Source of the DNA: Candidatus Firestoneibacteriota bacterium
Lineage (GTDB): Bacteria > Oederibacteriota > D2-FULL-39-29 > JBDRBU01
Assembly (NCBI GenBank): GCA_043822305.1
Contig: JBDRBU010000012.1
Location: 1 to 33,237, forward strand
Length of the DNA: 33,237 nt
Direction: 5' to 3'
In this document: in pieces, positions 16,797 through 27,300 of the stretch
Numbering within the stretch: the stretch's first letter is position 1
Layout of the letters: each line of letters starts with the position of its first letter
The notes under the pieces: generated by a model
The model's input: only the letters and a program-made list of their open reading frames with translations
Database searches by the model: none
What the model was told of the DNA's origin: nothing
Made by a program: the position numbers and the translations under genes

Positions 16797-17741
16797 ATGG
16801 AATACAGAGATTATTATAAAATATTAGGTGTTGATAAAAATTCCAATAAAAAGACTATACAGGAATCTTATAGAAAACTTGCCAGGAAATTTCATCCAGA
16901 TTTAAATCCTGGCAATAAAAGAGCAGAAGAAAAATTTAAAGAAATAAACGAAGCATATGAAGTTATTTCCGATGACAATAAAAGAGTAAAATATGACCAA
17001 CTTGGTTCTGATTGGTCAAACTGGCAAACATATACATCTCCAAATTCCAGAGAGAAATATGATGACAATATATTTGGTGAATTTGGTGGGTTTTCTGATT
17101 TCTTTAAAACATTTTTTAGCCAGAGCCAGGAATATAGAACAACCACAGAGGATTCAAATTTAGAATATCAGATTGAACTCGATTTAAAGGATGTTTTTCT
17201 GGGAGGAGAGAAGACTTTTGAGTTACAGATGCAAGAAGAATGTTATAAATGTGGCGGCAGAGGTGTTGTTAGCCGGAATTCCGTATGCAATATTTGTAAG
17301 GGTAGTGGAGTAACTATTAAGACAAAAAAATTGACAGTAAAAATTCCGTCTTATATTAAAGAAGGGTCTAAAATAAGAATAATCGGACAGGGAAGAAAAT
17401 TGAGAAATGGGAGATATGGAGATTTATTTTTGGTTGTTAAAATAAAACCGCATAATGTTTTTGAATTAAAAGGGCTTAATTTACACTGTGAAATTCCGGT
17501 GACAATGTATGAACTAATTTTGGGTGGGAATGTTGATATTCCTACTTTTAAAGGTAAAGTGGTCGTGAAAGTTCCTTCTGGAACACAGAATGGTTCAATA
17601 TTTCGTTTAAAAGGGATGGGTTTTTGTGATTCCACAGGGCAAAAAGGTGATTTAATGGTAAAAGTAAAAGTAGTCTTACCCACATCTTTAACTTTAAAAG
17701 AAAGAAGTTTAATTGAAGAATTAAGAAAAATAGGAAAATAG
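16797..17741 (+). CDS. DnaJ/CbpA-type co-chaperone with a shortened zinc finger
   Basis: J-domain with HPD; GGFSDFF; only two CxxCxGxG repeats (CYKCGGRG, CNICKGSG); DnaJ C-terminal domain. Confidence 0.9.
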   Translation: MEYRDYYKILGVDKNSNKKTIQESYRKLARKFHPDLNPGNKRAEEKFKEINEAYEVISDDNKRVKYDQLGSDWSNWQTYTSPNSREKYDDNIFGEFGGFSDFFKTFFSQSQEYRTTTEDSNLEYQIELDLKDVFLGGEKTFELQMQEECYKCGGRGVVSRNSVCNICKGSGVTIKTKKLTVKIPSYIKEGSKIRIIGQGRKLRNGRYGDLFLVVKIKPHNVFELKGLNLHCEIPVTMYELILGGNVDIPTFKGKVVVKVPSGTQNGSIFRLKGMGFCDSTGQKGDLMVKVKVVLPTSLTLKERSLIEELRKIGK

Positions 17742-17746
17742 GAAAA

Positions 17747-17767
17747 AAATGGTGGCTGTCCCCATTT
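17747..17767. repeat. Palindromic element family C (AAAT.GGGACAG..ACC.ATTT)
   Basis: AAATGGTGGCTGTCCCCATTT; related copies at 27741-27762 (opposite orientation) and 30381-30399. Confidence 0.65.
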
Positions 17768-17783
17768 ATTATTAGGAGATTAA

Positions 17784-19550
17784 ATGAATGTATTAGCTTT
17801 ATTGCCTTTTCTGGCAAGTGTTATTGCTTTTTGTTTGGGGGTTTCTACTTTTTTTAATAATAAAAAAAGCAGGTTAAATAAATATTTCCTATTATTTTGT
17901 GTATTTTTGTCTTATGGTGAATTTTGTAGATTTATGTATACACAAGCAGGAAATTTAGATACGGCATATTTTTGGGTAAGGTTAAGTACTTTTTGGACTT
18001 TTTCTTCAAGTTTTCTTTTATGTTTTACTTTAATATTTACAGAAAAAGAAAAACTTCTTAAAAATAAACTCTTTCTTTCATTTATATTTTTACCAACCAC
18101 AATAATTTCTGTTTTAGGTTTAACTACAGATTTAATAGTTACAGAACCCGTTAAAAAAGTTTTGGGATATTCTGCCGGTGTTCCATCTAATCCCGTGTTT
18201 TTAATTATCGCCATGTCTTATGTTATCGGAATTACTTTTGCATCATTTGTTTTGGCTATTAATTTTAGATTTAAAACTAATAATATTAATAAAAAATATC
18301 AAGCGGGGTATATTTCTGGTGGAATTTTATCTTTATTATTGATTTATTTTTTTGCGTACTATTTGTCACGAATATTAAAATATCAACTTTCAGAATGTAT
18401 CTATACATCATTTGGGGATTTAGTCATGATTAGTTTTATCAGTTATTCAATAGTAAAATATAAATTATTTGTTTTAGATGTATCAATCATAGCCGAGAAT
18501 ATCATACAAACCATACCAGATTCTTTAATTGTCGCTAACGATGTGCTTAATATAATTAGAGTAAACCAGAAAGCATTGGATTTGTTAGGGTATGAAAAAG
18601 AAACAGAACTAATTGGGAGATCCGCTAATCTTATTTTTGCTGAAGAACAACCAGAGCATGTAGATATAAAAAAAATATTTAAAGATAATTTTGTTAGAAG
18701 TCATGAAGTTAATTATAAAACCAAAGATGAAAAGATAATCCCTGTTCTTTTTTCAAATTCTATAATTAAAGATGAAAGCGGAAATTTAGCTGGAATTGTA
18801 TGTGTGGCTCTGGATATAAGAAGATTAAAAGAAAAAGAAATTGAGAATCAAAAACTTCATGACCAGTTAATTCAATCAGAAAAAATGGCCGCCATTGGAA
18901 AATTAACAGCAGGAGTTGCCCATGAGATAAATAATCCTATGACGGTTATACTTGGTTATTCACAGAATCTTTTAAAAAAAGCCCGCGAGGAAGATATAGT
19001 TTATAAACCCTTGAAGTTAATTGAAGCATCAGCCATCAGGGTGAAAAAGATAGTTGGTGACCTGTTAATATTTTCTCGGACATTCAAATTAACTAAAGAA
19101 TTGCTTAATATAAATGAGATCGTAGATAAATCCTTGTCAATTTTAAATTTTGAATTTGATTTGAAAAAAATTAATATTTTGAAAGATTTAAGTAGTGATT
19201 TGCCACCGCTTTATCTCAATAAAAATCAGATTGAACAAGTTCTTGTTAATTTGTATAATAATTCAATAGACGCCATGCCGTCTGGTGGAACAATAAAAGT
19301 TGCGACTATGTTAGAGGGAGAATTTATTAAAATTCTTGTTTCGGATACAGGTATGGGTATATCTGAAAAAAATAGAATATTTGAGCCATTTTTTACAACT
19401 AAAAAAATTGGTGAGGGTACAGGATTAGGATTAAGTTTATGTTATGAAATAATCAAGAAACATGATGGTCAGATAACCTTTGAAAGTGAAATCAACAAAG
19501 GTACAACTTTTATTATAAAACTTCCAGTCGCAACTTTTAAGTTGCGATAA
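17784..19550 (+). CDS. Sensor histidine kinase: ~7-TM N-terminus, PAS, HisKA, HATPase
   Basis: Hydrophobic N-terminal ~230 aa; PAS (IIQTIPDSLIV...VNQKALDLLGY); H-box AHEINNPM; NSIDA, DTGMG, FFTTK, GTGLGL boxes. Confidence 0.93.
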   Translation: MNVLALLPFLASVIAFCLGVSTFFNNKKSRLNKYFLLFCVFLSYGEFCRFMYTQAGNLDTAYFWVRLSTFWTFSSSFLLCFTLIFTEKEKLLKNKLFLSFIFLPTTIISVLGLTTDLIVTEPVKKVLGYSAGVPSNPVFLIIAMSYVIGITFASFVLAINFRFKTNNINKKYQAGYISGGILSLLLIYFFAYYLSRILKYQLSECIYTSFGDLVMISFISYSIVKYKLFVLDVSIIAENIIQTIPDSLIVANDVLNIIRVNQKALDLLGYEKETELIGRSANLIFAEEQPEHVDIKKIFKDNFVRSHEVNYKTKDEKIIPVLFSNSIIKDESGNLAGIVCVALDIRRLKEKEIENQKLHDQLIQSEKMAAIGKLTAGVAHEINNPMTVILGYSQNLLKKAREEDIVYKPLKLIEASAIRVKKIVGDLLIFSRTFKLTKELLNINEIVDKSLSILNFEFDLKKINILKDLSSDLPPLYLNKNQIEQVLVNLYNNSIDAMPSGGTIKVATMLEGEFIKILVSDTGMGISEKNRIFEPFFTTKKIGEGTGLGLSLCYEIIKKHDGQITFESEINKGTTFIIKLPVATFKLR

Positions 19551-19605
19551 AAATTATAATACGCAGGGGATAGTAAAGAGCCTACGGCAAGGTAGAGGTG
19601 CAATT

Positions 19606-21189
19606 ATGACTAATAAAAAAATTTTAGTTCTTGATGATGAAGAATCTATTGTTGAATTGATAAGGGATATTTTAAGTCAGAAAGATTACGAGGTGAAAGG
19701 ATTTACTGATGCAAAAGAGGCGCTAGAGTGTATTTTAAAAGAAACATTTGATGTGGTGTTGACAGATTTAACGATGCCGAAAATGAGTGGTATAGAAGTT
19801 TTGAAGAAAGTTAAAAAAATATCACCGCAAACAGAAGTAATCATTATAACGGCATATGCTACGCTTGAGACGGCCATTGAAGCCGTAAGATTAGGTGCAT
19901 ATGATTATCTCCCTAAACCGTTTGAAATAGATGATTTGAAACATAGAGTTGGAAAGTGTTTGGATAAAAAGGTTCTCGTTGAAGAGGTTGTAACATTAAG
20001 AGATATAGTTTCTCTTTACGAAGTAAGTCAGGCTTTAAGTTCTTCTATGGGTTTAAAACAATTATTTGATTTGATACTTGAATTAGTCTGTAGAATTTTA
20101 AATGCAGATAGTAGTTCCATACTACTTTTAGATGAAAATACAAAAACTCTTAGAATAGAGGCTTCGCGTGGATTGGAATTGGAATTGGAGGATATAGAGA
20201 AAATCAGGATAAAAGTAGGAGAAAAGATTTCCGGATGGGTGGCCAAGAGTGGAGAGACATTATTGCTTATTAATGGACTTCATAAATATTCTCTATTTAG
20301 CCATTTAAAATCTCGTAATGAAGTAAAATGTGCCATAGTTACTCCTTTAAAAGTAGGTGAGAGTATCCTGGGAGTTTTAACTTTAAATTCACTAAAAAAT
20401 GTAGGACATTTTTCTGAAAGGGAGCAAAAACTTTTTGCTATTTTTGCCAATAATGCTGCTTTAGCCATTAAGGATGCTAAAGCATATGACAAATTAAAAG
20501 AATTAGATAGATTAAAATCAGAATTTATATCAAATGTTTCTCATGAACTTAGAACTCCACTAACGGCCATAAAGGGGTCTATTGAGTTGCTTTTGGATAG
20601 TTTTGGCGAAGAACTTTCAGAAACAGCAAAGAAGTTATTAGATATAACAAAAAATAATGCAGAAAGATTAGTTAAATTGGTTGGTGAAATACTTGATTTT
20701 TCAAAAGTAGAGGCGGGAATACTGCCAATATCTAAAAAAGAAATGGATGTTTCTTCTTTAATAAAGCAAACCGTAGAAGAATTGAAGATAATAGCCGATG
20801 GGAAGGGATTATATTTATGTACTGAATTAATAGAATCTCCTGTAAATATTGTAGCCGATTCAAATAGAATAAAACAAGTTTTAGTGAATTTAATTGGAAA
20901 TTCTTTGAAGTTCACAAAAGAAGGTGGTATAATAGTAGGAGTAAGATTATTAGAAGAAGAAGCAATAGTGGCTGTTAAAGATACGGGTCTGGGTATACCT
21001 GAGGAAAGTAAAACTAAAATGTTTGAAAGATTCTACATGGTCGATAGTAGTTTGAGAAAAAAAACATCAGGATTTGGTATAGGATTATCATTAAGTAAAA
21101 GTATTATAGAAGCACATAATGGCAAAATATGGTTTGAAAGTAAGTTAGGAGAGGGGTCTACTTTTTACTTTTCGTTACCTGTAAAATGA
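19606..21189 (+). CDS. Cytoplasmic hybrid kinase: receiver, GAF, HisKA, HATPase
   Basis: LVLDDE, TDLTMP, KPF receiver motifs; GAF; SHELRTPL; NSLKF, DTGLG, GFGIGL. Confidence 0.93.
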   Translation: MTNKKILVLDDEESIVELIRDILSQKDYEVKGFTDAKEALECILKETFDVVLTDLTMPKMSGIEVLKKVKKISPQTEVIIITAYATLETAIEAVRLGAYDYLPKPFEIDDLKHRVGKCLDKKVLVEEVVTLRDIVSLYEVSQALSSSMGLKQLFDLILELVCRILNADSSSILLLDENTKTLRIEASRGLELELEDIEKIRIKVGEKISGWVAKSGETLLLINGLHKYSLFSHLKSRNEVKCAIVTPLKVGESILGVLTLNSLKNVGHFSEREQKLFAIFANNAALAIKDAKAYDKLKELDRLKSEFISNVSHELRTPLTAIKGSIELLLDSFGEELSETAKKLLDITKNNAERLVKLVGEILDFSKVEAGILPISKKEMDVSSLIKQTVEELKIIADGKGLYLCTELIESPVNIVADSNRIKQVLVNLIGNSLKFTKEGGIIVGVRLLEEEAIVAVKDTGLGIPEESKTKMFERFYMVDSSLRKKTSGFGIGLSLSKSIIEAHNGKIWFESKLGEGSTFYFSLPVK

Positions 21190-21222
21190 ACAACCCCCTG
21201 GCCCCCTTTAATAAGGGGGAAT
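21190..21222. repeat. Palindromic element family D, copy 1
   Basis: ACAACCCCCTGGCCCCCTTTAATAAGGGGGAAT, 30/33 identical to 24267-24299. Confidence 0.85.
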
Positions 21223-21247
21223 AAAATAAAATAAAGAAGGAGGATAG

Positions 21248-21622
21248 ATGGCAAAAATTTTAATAGCTGAAGATGAAAAAGATATTACATTTATAATTGA
21301 CACGGCATTAAAAAAGGCTGGATATGAAACTATACTTGCCTACGATGGAGAAGAAGCTTTAGAAAAAGCAATAAATGAAAAGCCGGACCTTATTTTGCTT
21401 GATATTATGATGCCCAAGATGGATGGATTTACAGTGAATACTAAGTTGAAAGAAAACGAAAAAACAAAAGATATCCCGGTGATTGTCTGTACGGCCAAAG
21501 GTGGGTTGAAAGATTTATTTAATATTGAAAAAAAATGGAAGATAGATGGTTATTTAGAAAAACCATTTGTGGTCAAGGTATTAGTAGAAAAAGTAAAAGA
21601 AATTATAGGAGAAAAAAAATGA
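21248..21622 (+). CDS. Single-domain response regulator (receiver only)
   Basis: ILIAEDE, LLDIMMPKMDG, VCTAK, EKPF; strong SD AAGGAGG. Confidence 0.93.
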   Translation: MAKILIAEDEKDITFIIDTALKKAGYETILAYDGEEALEKAINEKPDLILLDIMMPKMDGFTVNTKLKENEKTKDIPVIVCTAKGGLKDLFNIEKKWKIDGYLEKPFVVKVLVEKVKEIIGEKK

Positions 21623-23004
21623 TTTTTTTGATATTGTTATTATGTGTTTCATCTGTTTACGCCCAAACAACCGGTGAGGGTGGTTTACCGGGCGAATATT
21701 TAAATTCCTTTGCTGTTAGTGCCAGATCATTTGCTATGGGCAAGGTAAACATTTCTATAGCCGATGATGTTTTTGGACCATATTCAAATCCAGCCGGTTT
21801 AAGTTTATTACAATATGGAGAAGCAGGGTTTAGTTTAGTCTCTTTTACTGGAACGACATATAACTACCTTGGCTATGCTCTGCCACTTGACCCAATAAAT
21901 GCGGTTGGTGTCTCAAGATTTGCATTTGATTCACCGCTGGCTGAAAAAACAAATGGATTGGGTGAAAGTTTAGGGTATTATCAAGAAAAGCAATCAAGTT
22001 ATTTCATATCATATTCCAGAAAGATAATTGAGAATCTTTACTTGGGTGGAAACTTAAAGATTTTAACACAGGAAATGGATACATATTCTGCTTTTGGCCT
22101 TGGATTGGATGCAGGAATGATATATATTATTCAGTCTTCAAAATTAGGATTAGGCGCAGTTTTACAAAACCTAATTCCAGCATCATTGAAATTAAAGAAC
22201 GAAACTGATACATTTCCTATTAATTTAAAAGTAGGCGGTTATGTTAGATTATTTGATGATAATCTTTTGACAAGCGTTGACTTATCTTTCATAGATTTAT
22301 TCAAATTTTATAATTTTACATTTAGATGGCATACCGGTTTAGAATATCATTTAACTTACTGGCAGGATATTTTTTTAAGAGCAGGAGCAGATTACAAAGA
22401 AGTTTCATTTGGTCTTGGTGTAGAAATAGAAGGTATTAATTTTGATTATGCCCTAGGTTTATCTAATTTAGATACATCACATAGAGTTAGTCTAAGGGTA
22501 AAATTTGGAATGCCTCCTTCAATTGAAGCCAAGAAAGTAGCAGAAGAAAAGATAGCTCTTTTGAAAGAAAGGGAGTTAAACAAATATCTAATATCAGCCC
22601 GGCAGTATCTTAAATTAGAAAATTTTGAAAAAGCAAAAGAAGAATTAAATAAAGTTTTAGAAATAGACCCATCAAATGAAGATGCAAAAGGAATATTATT
22701 TGAAGTTAATAAGGTAATTTATGGTAAAGAAGCACAAGAACATTATACTTTGGCTTTAAAATATTCTGATGAGGAAAAATATGTCCAGGCCGAGGAAGAA
22801 ATAAATAAGATTTTAGCCATTAATCCAGAATATCCGGAAGCAAAGGAATTTTTGCATTATAATAAAGCAAGAATGTGTATGGCTAATAAAGAGTATGAAA
22901 ATGCAGAGTCAGAATTAAAAGAGGTTTTAAAAATAAATCCAAATAATTTAAAAGCAAAAGAAGCATTAAGAAGATTATTAGATGTCTTAAACTTATTAAA
23001 ATAG
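21619..23004 (+). CDS. PorV/PorQ-like outer-membrane beta-barrel fused to C-terminal TPR repeats
   Basis: Start reassigned from 21535 to ATG 21619 (ATGA overlap with the upstream stop, SD AGGAG at 21607-21611, signal peptide MIFLILLLCVSSVYA). SARSFAMG...NPAGL motif, alternating beta-strands ending SHRVSLRVKF, then TPRs. Confidence 0.8.
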   Translation: MIFLILLLCVSSVYAQTTGEGGLPGEYLNSFAVSARSFAMGKVNISIADDVFGPYSNPAGLSLLQYGEAGFSLVSFTGTTYNYLGYALPLDPINAVGVSRFAFDSPLAEKTNGLGESLGYYQEKQSSYFISYSRKIIENLYLGGNLKILTQEMDTYSAFGLGLDAGMIYIIQSSKLGLGAVLQNLIPASLKLKNETDTFPINLKVGGYVRLFDDNLLTSVDLSFIDLFKFYNFTFRWHTGLEYHLTYWQDIFLRAGADYKEVSFGLGVEIEGINFDYALGLSNLDTSHRVSLRVKFGMPPSIEAKKVAEEKIALLKERELNKYLISARQYLKLENFEKAKEELNKVLEIDPSNEDAKGILFEVNKVIYGKEAQEHYTLALKYSDEEKYVQAEEEINKILAINPEYPEAKEFLHYNKARMCMANKEYENAESELKEVLKINPNNLKAKEALRRLLDVLNLLK

Positions 23005-23012
23005 GAGTAATT

Positions 23013-24254
23013 ATGTTTAAAACTTTAATTACTTTTTTTACTTTTCTTACTTTATTTATTTCCTTTACTGTTTCTTGCTCTGCAGATGAAAGGGCGCAGA
23101 ATTACTTTACAGATGGTGTTCAAAAATACATTAAAGGGGATGTTGATCGTGCTATATTTGATATTGAAAACTCCCTGAAGTTAGATAAAGAAAACAAGAA
23201 ATATATTTCTTTTTTAGTTAAAATGTTAGTCGAAAAAGGGTCAGAATATTACTTGCAAAGAAAATTAAATGAAGCCTTTCCTTATTTTGAGAAAGCAAGT
23301 AAGTTATCACCCGAAGATAAGAAAGTAAAGGAAATGCATAATATAATTTATAAAGAACTTTTTCCTACGGCCGAGATACAACCCATTCAAAAAACTGAAC
23401 CTTCATATGAGGAAATGGCTAAATTATTTGCGGAATTTCAGAAACAACAGCAAAAGTTAATAAGTACTGTCTTAGGTCCTACAGAAAAAACTTTAGAAAG
23501 CATAATTTCTAAGGTAGGTGACGAAAGACGTGAATTTTTAAAGGCTATAGTGAAAAGAGATGAAGATATTAAACAAGCTTTTAAGGAAAATCAAAAAATT
23601 ATAAGCAAAAATTTTTCAATAACAATTCTAATATTTATAATAGGAATAATTTTTGTAGTAATAGTTTTTTCATATGTTTCTGCCAGGTTATCTGCCAGGA
23701 GAGAGGGAATATTATTACAACATCAAGAAAGAATAATTTCTAATTTACTGCAGCAAAATGTTGGATCCACTCAACTTATTGGTGAATCTTCTTCTCCATT
23801 AGAATTAATGGAAGGTTCTCATCCTAAAGATAGGGTAAAAGGAGTTGAAATAATAGAAGCAGAACTTGTTGAAGAAACAGATGCAGATATTGCTCAAAAA
23901 CTACTTGTTCCATTCTTGGAAGATAATGATGATAAAGTAAAAGCAACAGCATCAAAAGCCTTGTATAAATATAATCCTAATAAGGCATTACAAATATTAA
24001 AAGAGATGAGTAAAAATAAAAATAGAGTTGTTAGACTGAATGCAGCCTGGGGACTTGGAGAAATAGGTTCGGATTTAAGTGCTGAAATTTTATTAAATTT
24101 AATAAATGATGTGGATTATCATGTTAAAAGGGTTGTTTTAAAATTTTTACAAAAAATATTAAAAACAAATAAAGACAATCTGCCCGTATCGTTAAGTGCA
24201 AGAATTTCAAAAGAATTAACAGATGTAAAGATAAAAGAAGGCTGGGTAATGTAA
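23013..24254 (+). CDS. Membrane protein: exported TPR and coiled-coil region, single TM, cytoplasmic HEAT repeats
   Basis: Signal-like N-terminus, TPR helices, TM ITILIFIIGIIFVVIVF, HEAT-like DDKVKATASKAL / RVVRLNAAWGLGEIG. Confidence 0.75.
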   Translation: MFKTLITFFTFLTLFISFTVSCSADERAQNYFTDGVQKYIKGDVDRAIFDIENSLKLDKENKKYISFLVKMLVEKGSEYYLQRKLNEAFPYFEKASKLSPEDKKVKEMHNIIYKELFPTAEIQPIQKTEPSYEEMAKLFAEFQKQQQKLISTVLGPTEKTLESIISKVGDERREFLKAIVKRDEDIKQAFKENQKIISKNFSITILIFIIGIIFVVIVFSYVSARLSARREGILLQHQERIISNLLQQNVGSTQLIGESSSPLELMEGSHPKDRVKGVEIIEAELVEETDADIAQKLLVPFLEDNDDKVKATASKALYKYNPNKALQILKEMSKNKNRVVRLNAAWGLGEIGSDLSAEILLNLINDVDYHVKRVVLKFLQKILKTNKDNLPVSLSARISKELTDVKIKEGWVM

Positions 24255-24266
24255 AGAAAGTGGATG

Positions 24267-24299
24267 ACAACCCCCTAACCCCCTTTATTAAGGGGGAAT
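24267..24299. repeat. Palindromic element family D, copy 2
   Basis: ACAACCCCCTAACCCCCTTTATTAAGGGGGAAT. Confidence 0.85.
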
Positions 24300-24329
24300 T
24301 AAAATCACTGAAAACAATAGGTAAATAAG

Positions 24330-27300
24330 ATGGGAAAAAAAATTACTATAATTCTGTTTTTATCCTTTGTAAATGTTTATGGTGCCACTAACTGGTTAAA
24401 TACATCTGATACTGATTTTAATGGTGGAACTCCTGATGGAGTTTCAATCAGAGGGACAGGTGCTTCTTCGTATATTGAACTTGTGAATGATTGGACAGAA
24501 AAGACCCCGTCACCTTCTCCTTCTAATAGATGCTATTCTTATATATCTTATAATAGTGCAGCAGACGGAATAATACTTTTTGGTGGATTAGGTGCTTCTG
24601 CATTACAGGATACCTGGGAATATAGTTTTTCATCAAATACATGGACAAATAAGAATGCATCTAATCCTCCTTCTGCCAGATATAAAGGAATTATGGTTTA
24701 TTACAGTGTTCAACAGGTAATGGTGCTTTTTGGAGGATGGGATGGATCTGTAAAAGGCGAGACATGGGTATATGATTACGGTTCAAATGGATGGACACCA
24801 AAATCCCCATCTGGACCTCCTTCGGCGAGGTTTTGTCATGGAATGGCATATGATGTTTTAAATGAGAGAGTGATACTTTTTGGTGGAACATCTGATGGAG
24901 CAAATGGTAATAATGAAACATGGGTATATAATGTTGCTGCTGGTGCAGAGGGGGAATGGACCCAGAAAATTCCTGTGACAGGTTCACCATCTGCTCGTTT
25001 TAATCATTCTATGTGTTATGCTGGTAATGGAAAAGTAATTCTTTTTGGAGGATTTGATGGTTCGGTTTATAAAAATGATACCTGGATTTATGACTTTGTA
25101 GAAAATACCTGGACACAAAAATTTCCACTTACATCACCATCAATAAGAGGGTACCATTCATTATCATATGATTCTATCAATGAAAAAGTTATAATGTTTG
25201 GTGGTTGGAATATAAGTACTTATTTTAATGAAACATGGGTTTATGATGTTGCTGGTAATAACTGGAAAAATATGGCTCCTCCTGTATTGCCTTCTGGAAG
25301 ATACAGATTGAATATGGCATATGATAATACAAATCAAAAGACAATTATTTTTGGAGGAAATAATGGTGTTAGTGATTTACCTGATACATGGGCATATAAC
25401 TTACGATTAAATAATAGTAATACAAATACATGGATTTCATCGAGCAAAGATACAGGAACTTCAACGACAACATTATCCTGGATGAATATATCCTGGAATC
25501 CATCTTCCCAACCAGCTGATACCGAATTAAAGTTTCGGATAGCGACAAATAATGATAATTCAACATGGAATTATTTGGGGTTTGATGGAACAGGTACTAC
25601 ATATTATACCAATGCAGGTGGACAGGTAATAAATCCTGTTCATAATGGTAATCGATATTTCAAGTTAAATGCATACTTAAACTCCACGAAACTTTCAACA
25701 CCAACTTTATCTGATGTTACTGTTTCCTATAATAGACCACCAACAACACCAACATTAGTAAGTCCTAATAATGGAGTGGTTACAACTACAACTCCAATAT
25801 TTACCTGGAATAATTCTGCTGATGATGATGGCGATACAAGAACTTATAAATTGTATTTAGATGCAGTTACTCCGCCGGTTACGGCTTATACTAATATTGC
25901 TGAGGGAACCAGTACGACTTCATTTACCATTACTTCTCCCTTAACATATGGGGTGTGGTATTGGAAAGTACAATGTTTTGATGGAAATGCATATAGTACT
26001 GCTTCAACAATTTGTTCTATAGATGCTGATACTCCTCCTTCAGTGACAATTTCATCTCCAAATACAGGTGATTGGAGTGGTTCATCTCAAAGTGTTGTCT
26101 GGACATTTAGCGACCCGGATGGTCCTGGCTATCAAATTTCTTCGTTTGATATAAAACTTTCACGGGATAGTGGTTCTACTTATCCAATAACAATAGCCAG
26201 TGGAGTTTCTGTCGGAACATCTCCACAGACGATTTCTTCAATAGATACAAGACAGTATGCTAATAGCGGGTTTTGCAAGATAAAGGTAATCGCGACTGAT
26301 GGTAAAGGTTTAACCGGAGAAGATGTAGCTGATGGTTTAGTTACAATTAATAATCCGAATATAGCACCTATTGTTACTTTAACTTCTTTTGATTCGGGTG
26401 GAGTTTTCTCTGGAGTTCAAAATATTACATGGACTTGCAGTGACCAAAATGGAACTGATACTCATACATTTGATATTAAACTTTCTTCAGATGGAGGATT
26501 AGATGGTTATCCTACCATTATTGTAAGTGGACTTACTTCTTCACCTTATGCATGGCCTACTGGTAATCATCCGAATGGTACACAGTATAAAATAAAAGTT
26601 ATTGGAACGGATAATGGTGTGCCTTCATATTCAGGAGAAGATACATCAAGTCAAAACATTACCATAAATAATGCCAATAAACCTCCAAATACTTTTTCTT
26701 TACTTACTCCGGTAAATGGTTCTACTTTAAGCGATGATACACCAACTTTAACCTGGGAAAATAATGGAGACCCTGATTCCGGACTGGGTGATTATGTTGC
26801 TTTCTATAAACTACATTATTCAACTAATAGTAATTTTTTACTCGAGACAGTTATTAGTGGAATTACTTCTACTTCATATACTCTACCAAAATTAACTGAT
26901 TTAACCACTTATTATTTTAAAATTGAAGCGTTAGATACACAATCAGTATCAAGATATAGCAATGAAGTTTTTTCATTTAAGATAGATAGAAAAAATGTTA
27001 GTTCAAGTGATAATTTAATCACAGTTAATATAACTTCAGGATTACCCGATAATGGTTACCTGAAAGTAATTCAATCTCCCGCAACTAATGCTATATCAAA
27101 TGCAAATTTATCCGCAAAGAAGGACCCTTTAATTAAGCCCATAGGTGATTCAACCGGTTATTCAGTTGATTTTTTTGATGCCGCTGATTCAAAAGTCAGC
27201 GATGTTGTTTTTTCGGCAACTATTTTATTTACTTATTCTGATGCTGATAACAACGGAGTTTTGGATGGAACTTCTATACCAGTTAAGTATTTAAGAATTT

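Noticed and set aside
20172..20189. 6-bp repeat (ATTGGA)x3 encoding LELELE in the GAF domain
   Set aside because: Short, in frame and probably a trivial slippage event.
21190..21222. Family D hairpins (also 24267-24299) as Rho-independent terminators
   Set aside because: No U-tract on the coding strand, and the conserved extra CCCCC arm in both copies fits a dispersed repeat better.
21535..21618. N-terminal extension of the PorV-like ORF
   Set aside because: It overlaps the response regulator; ATG 21619 has an SD, an ATGA overlap and a proper signal peptide.
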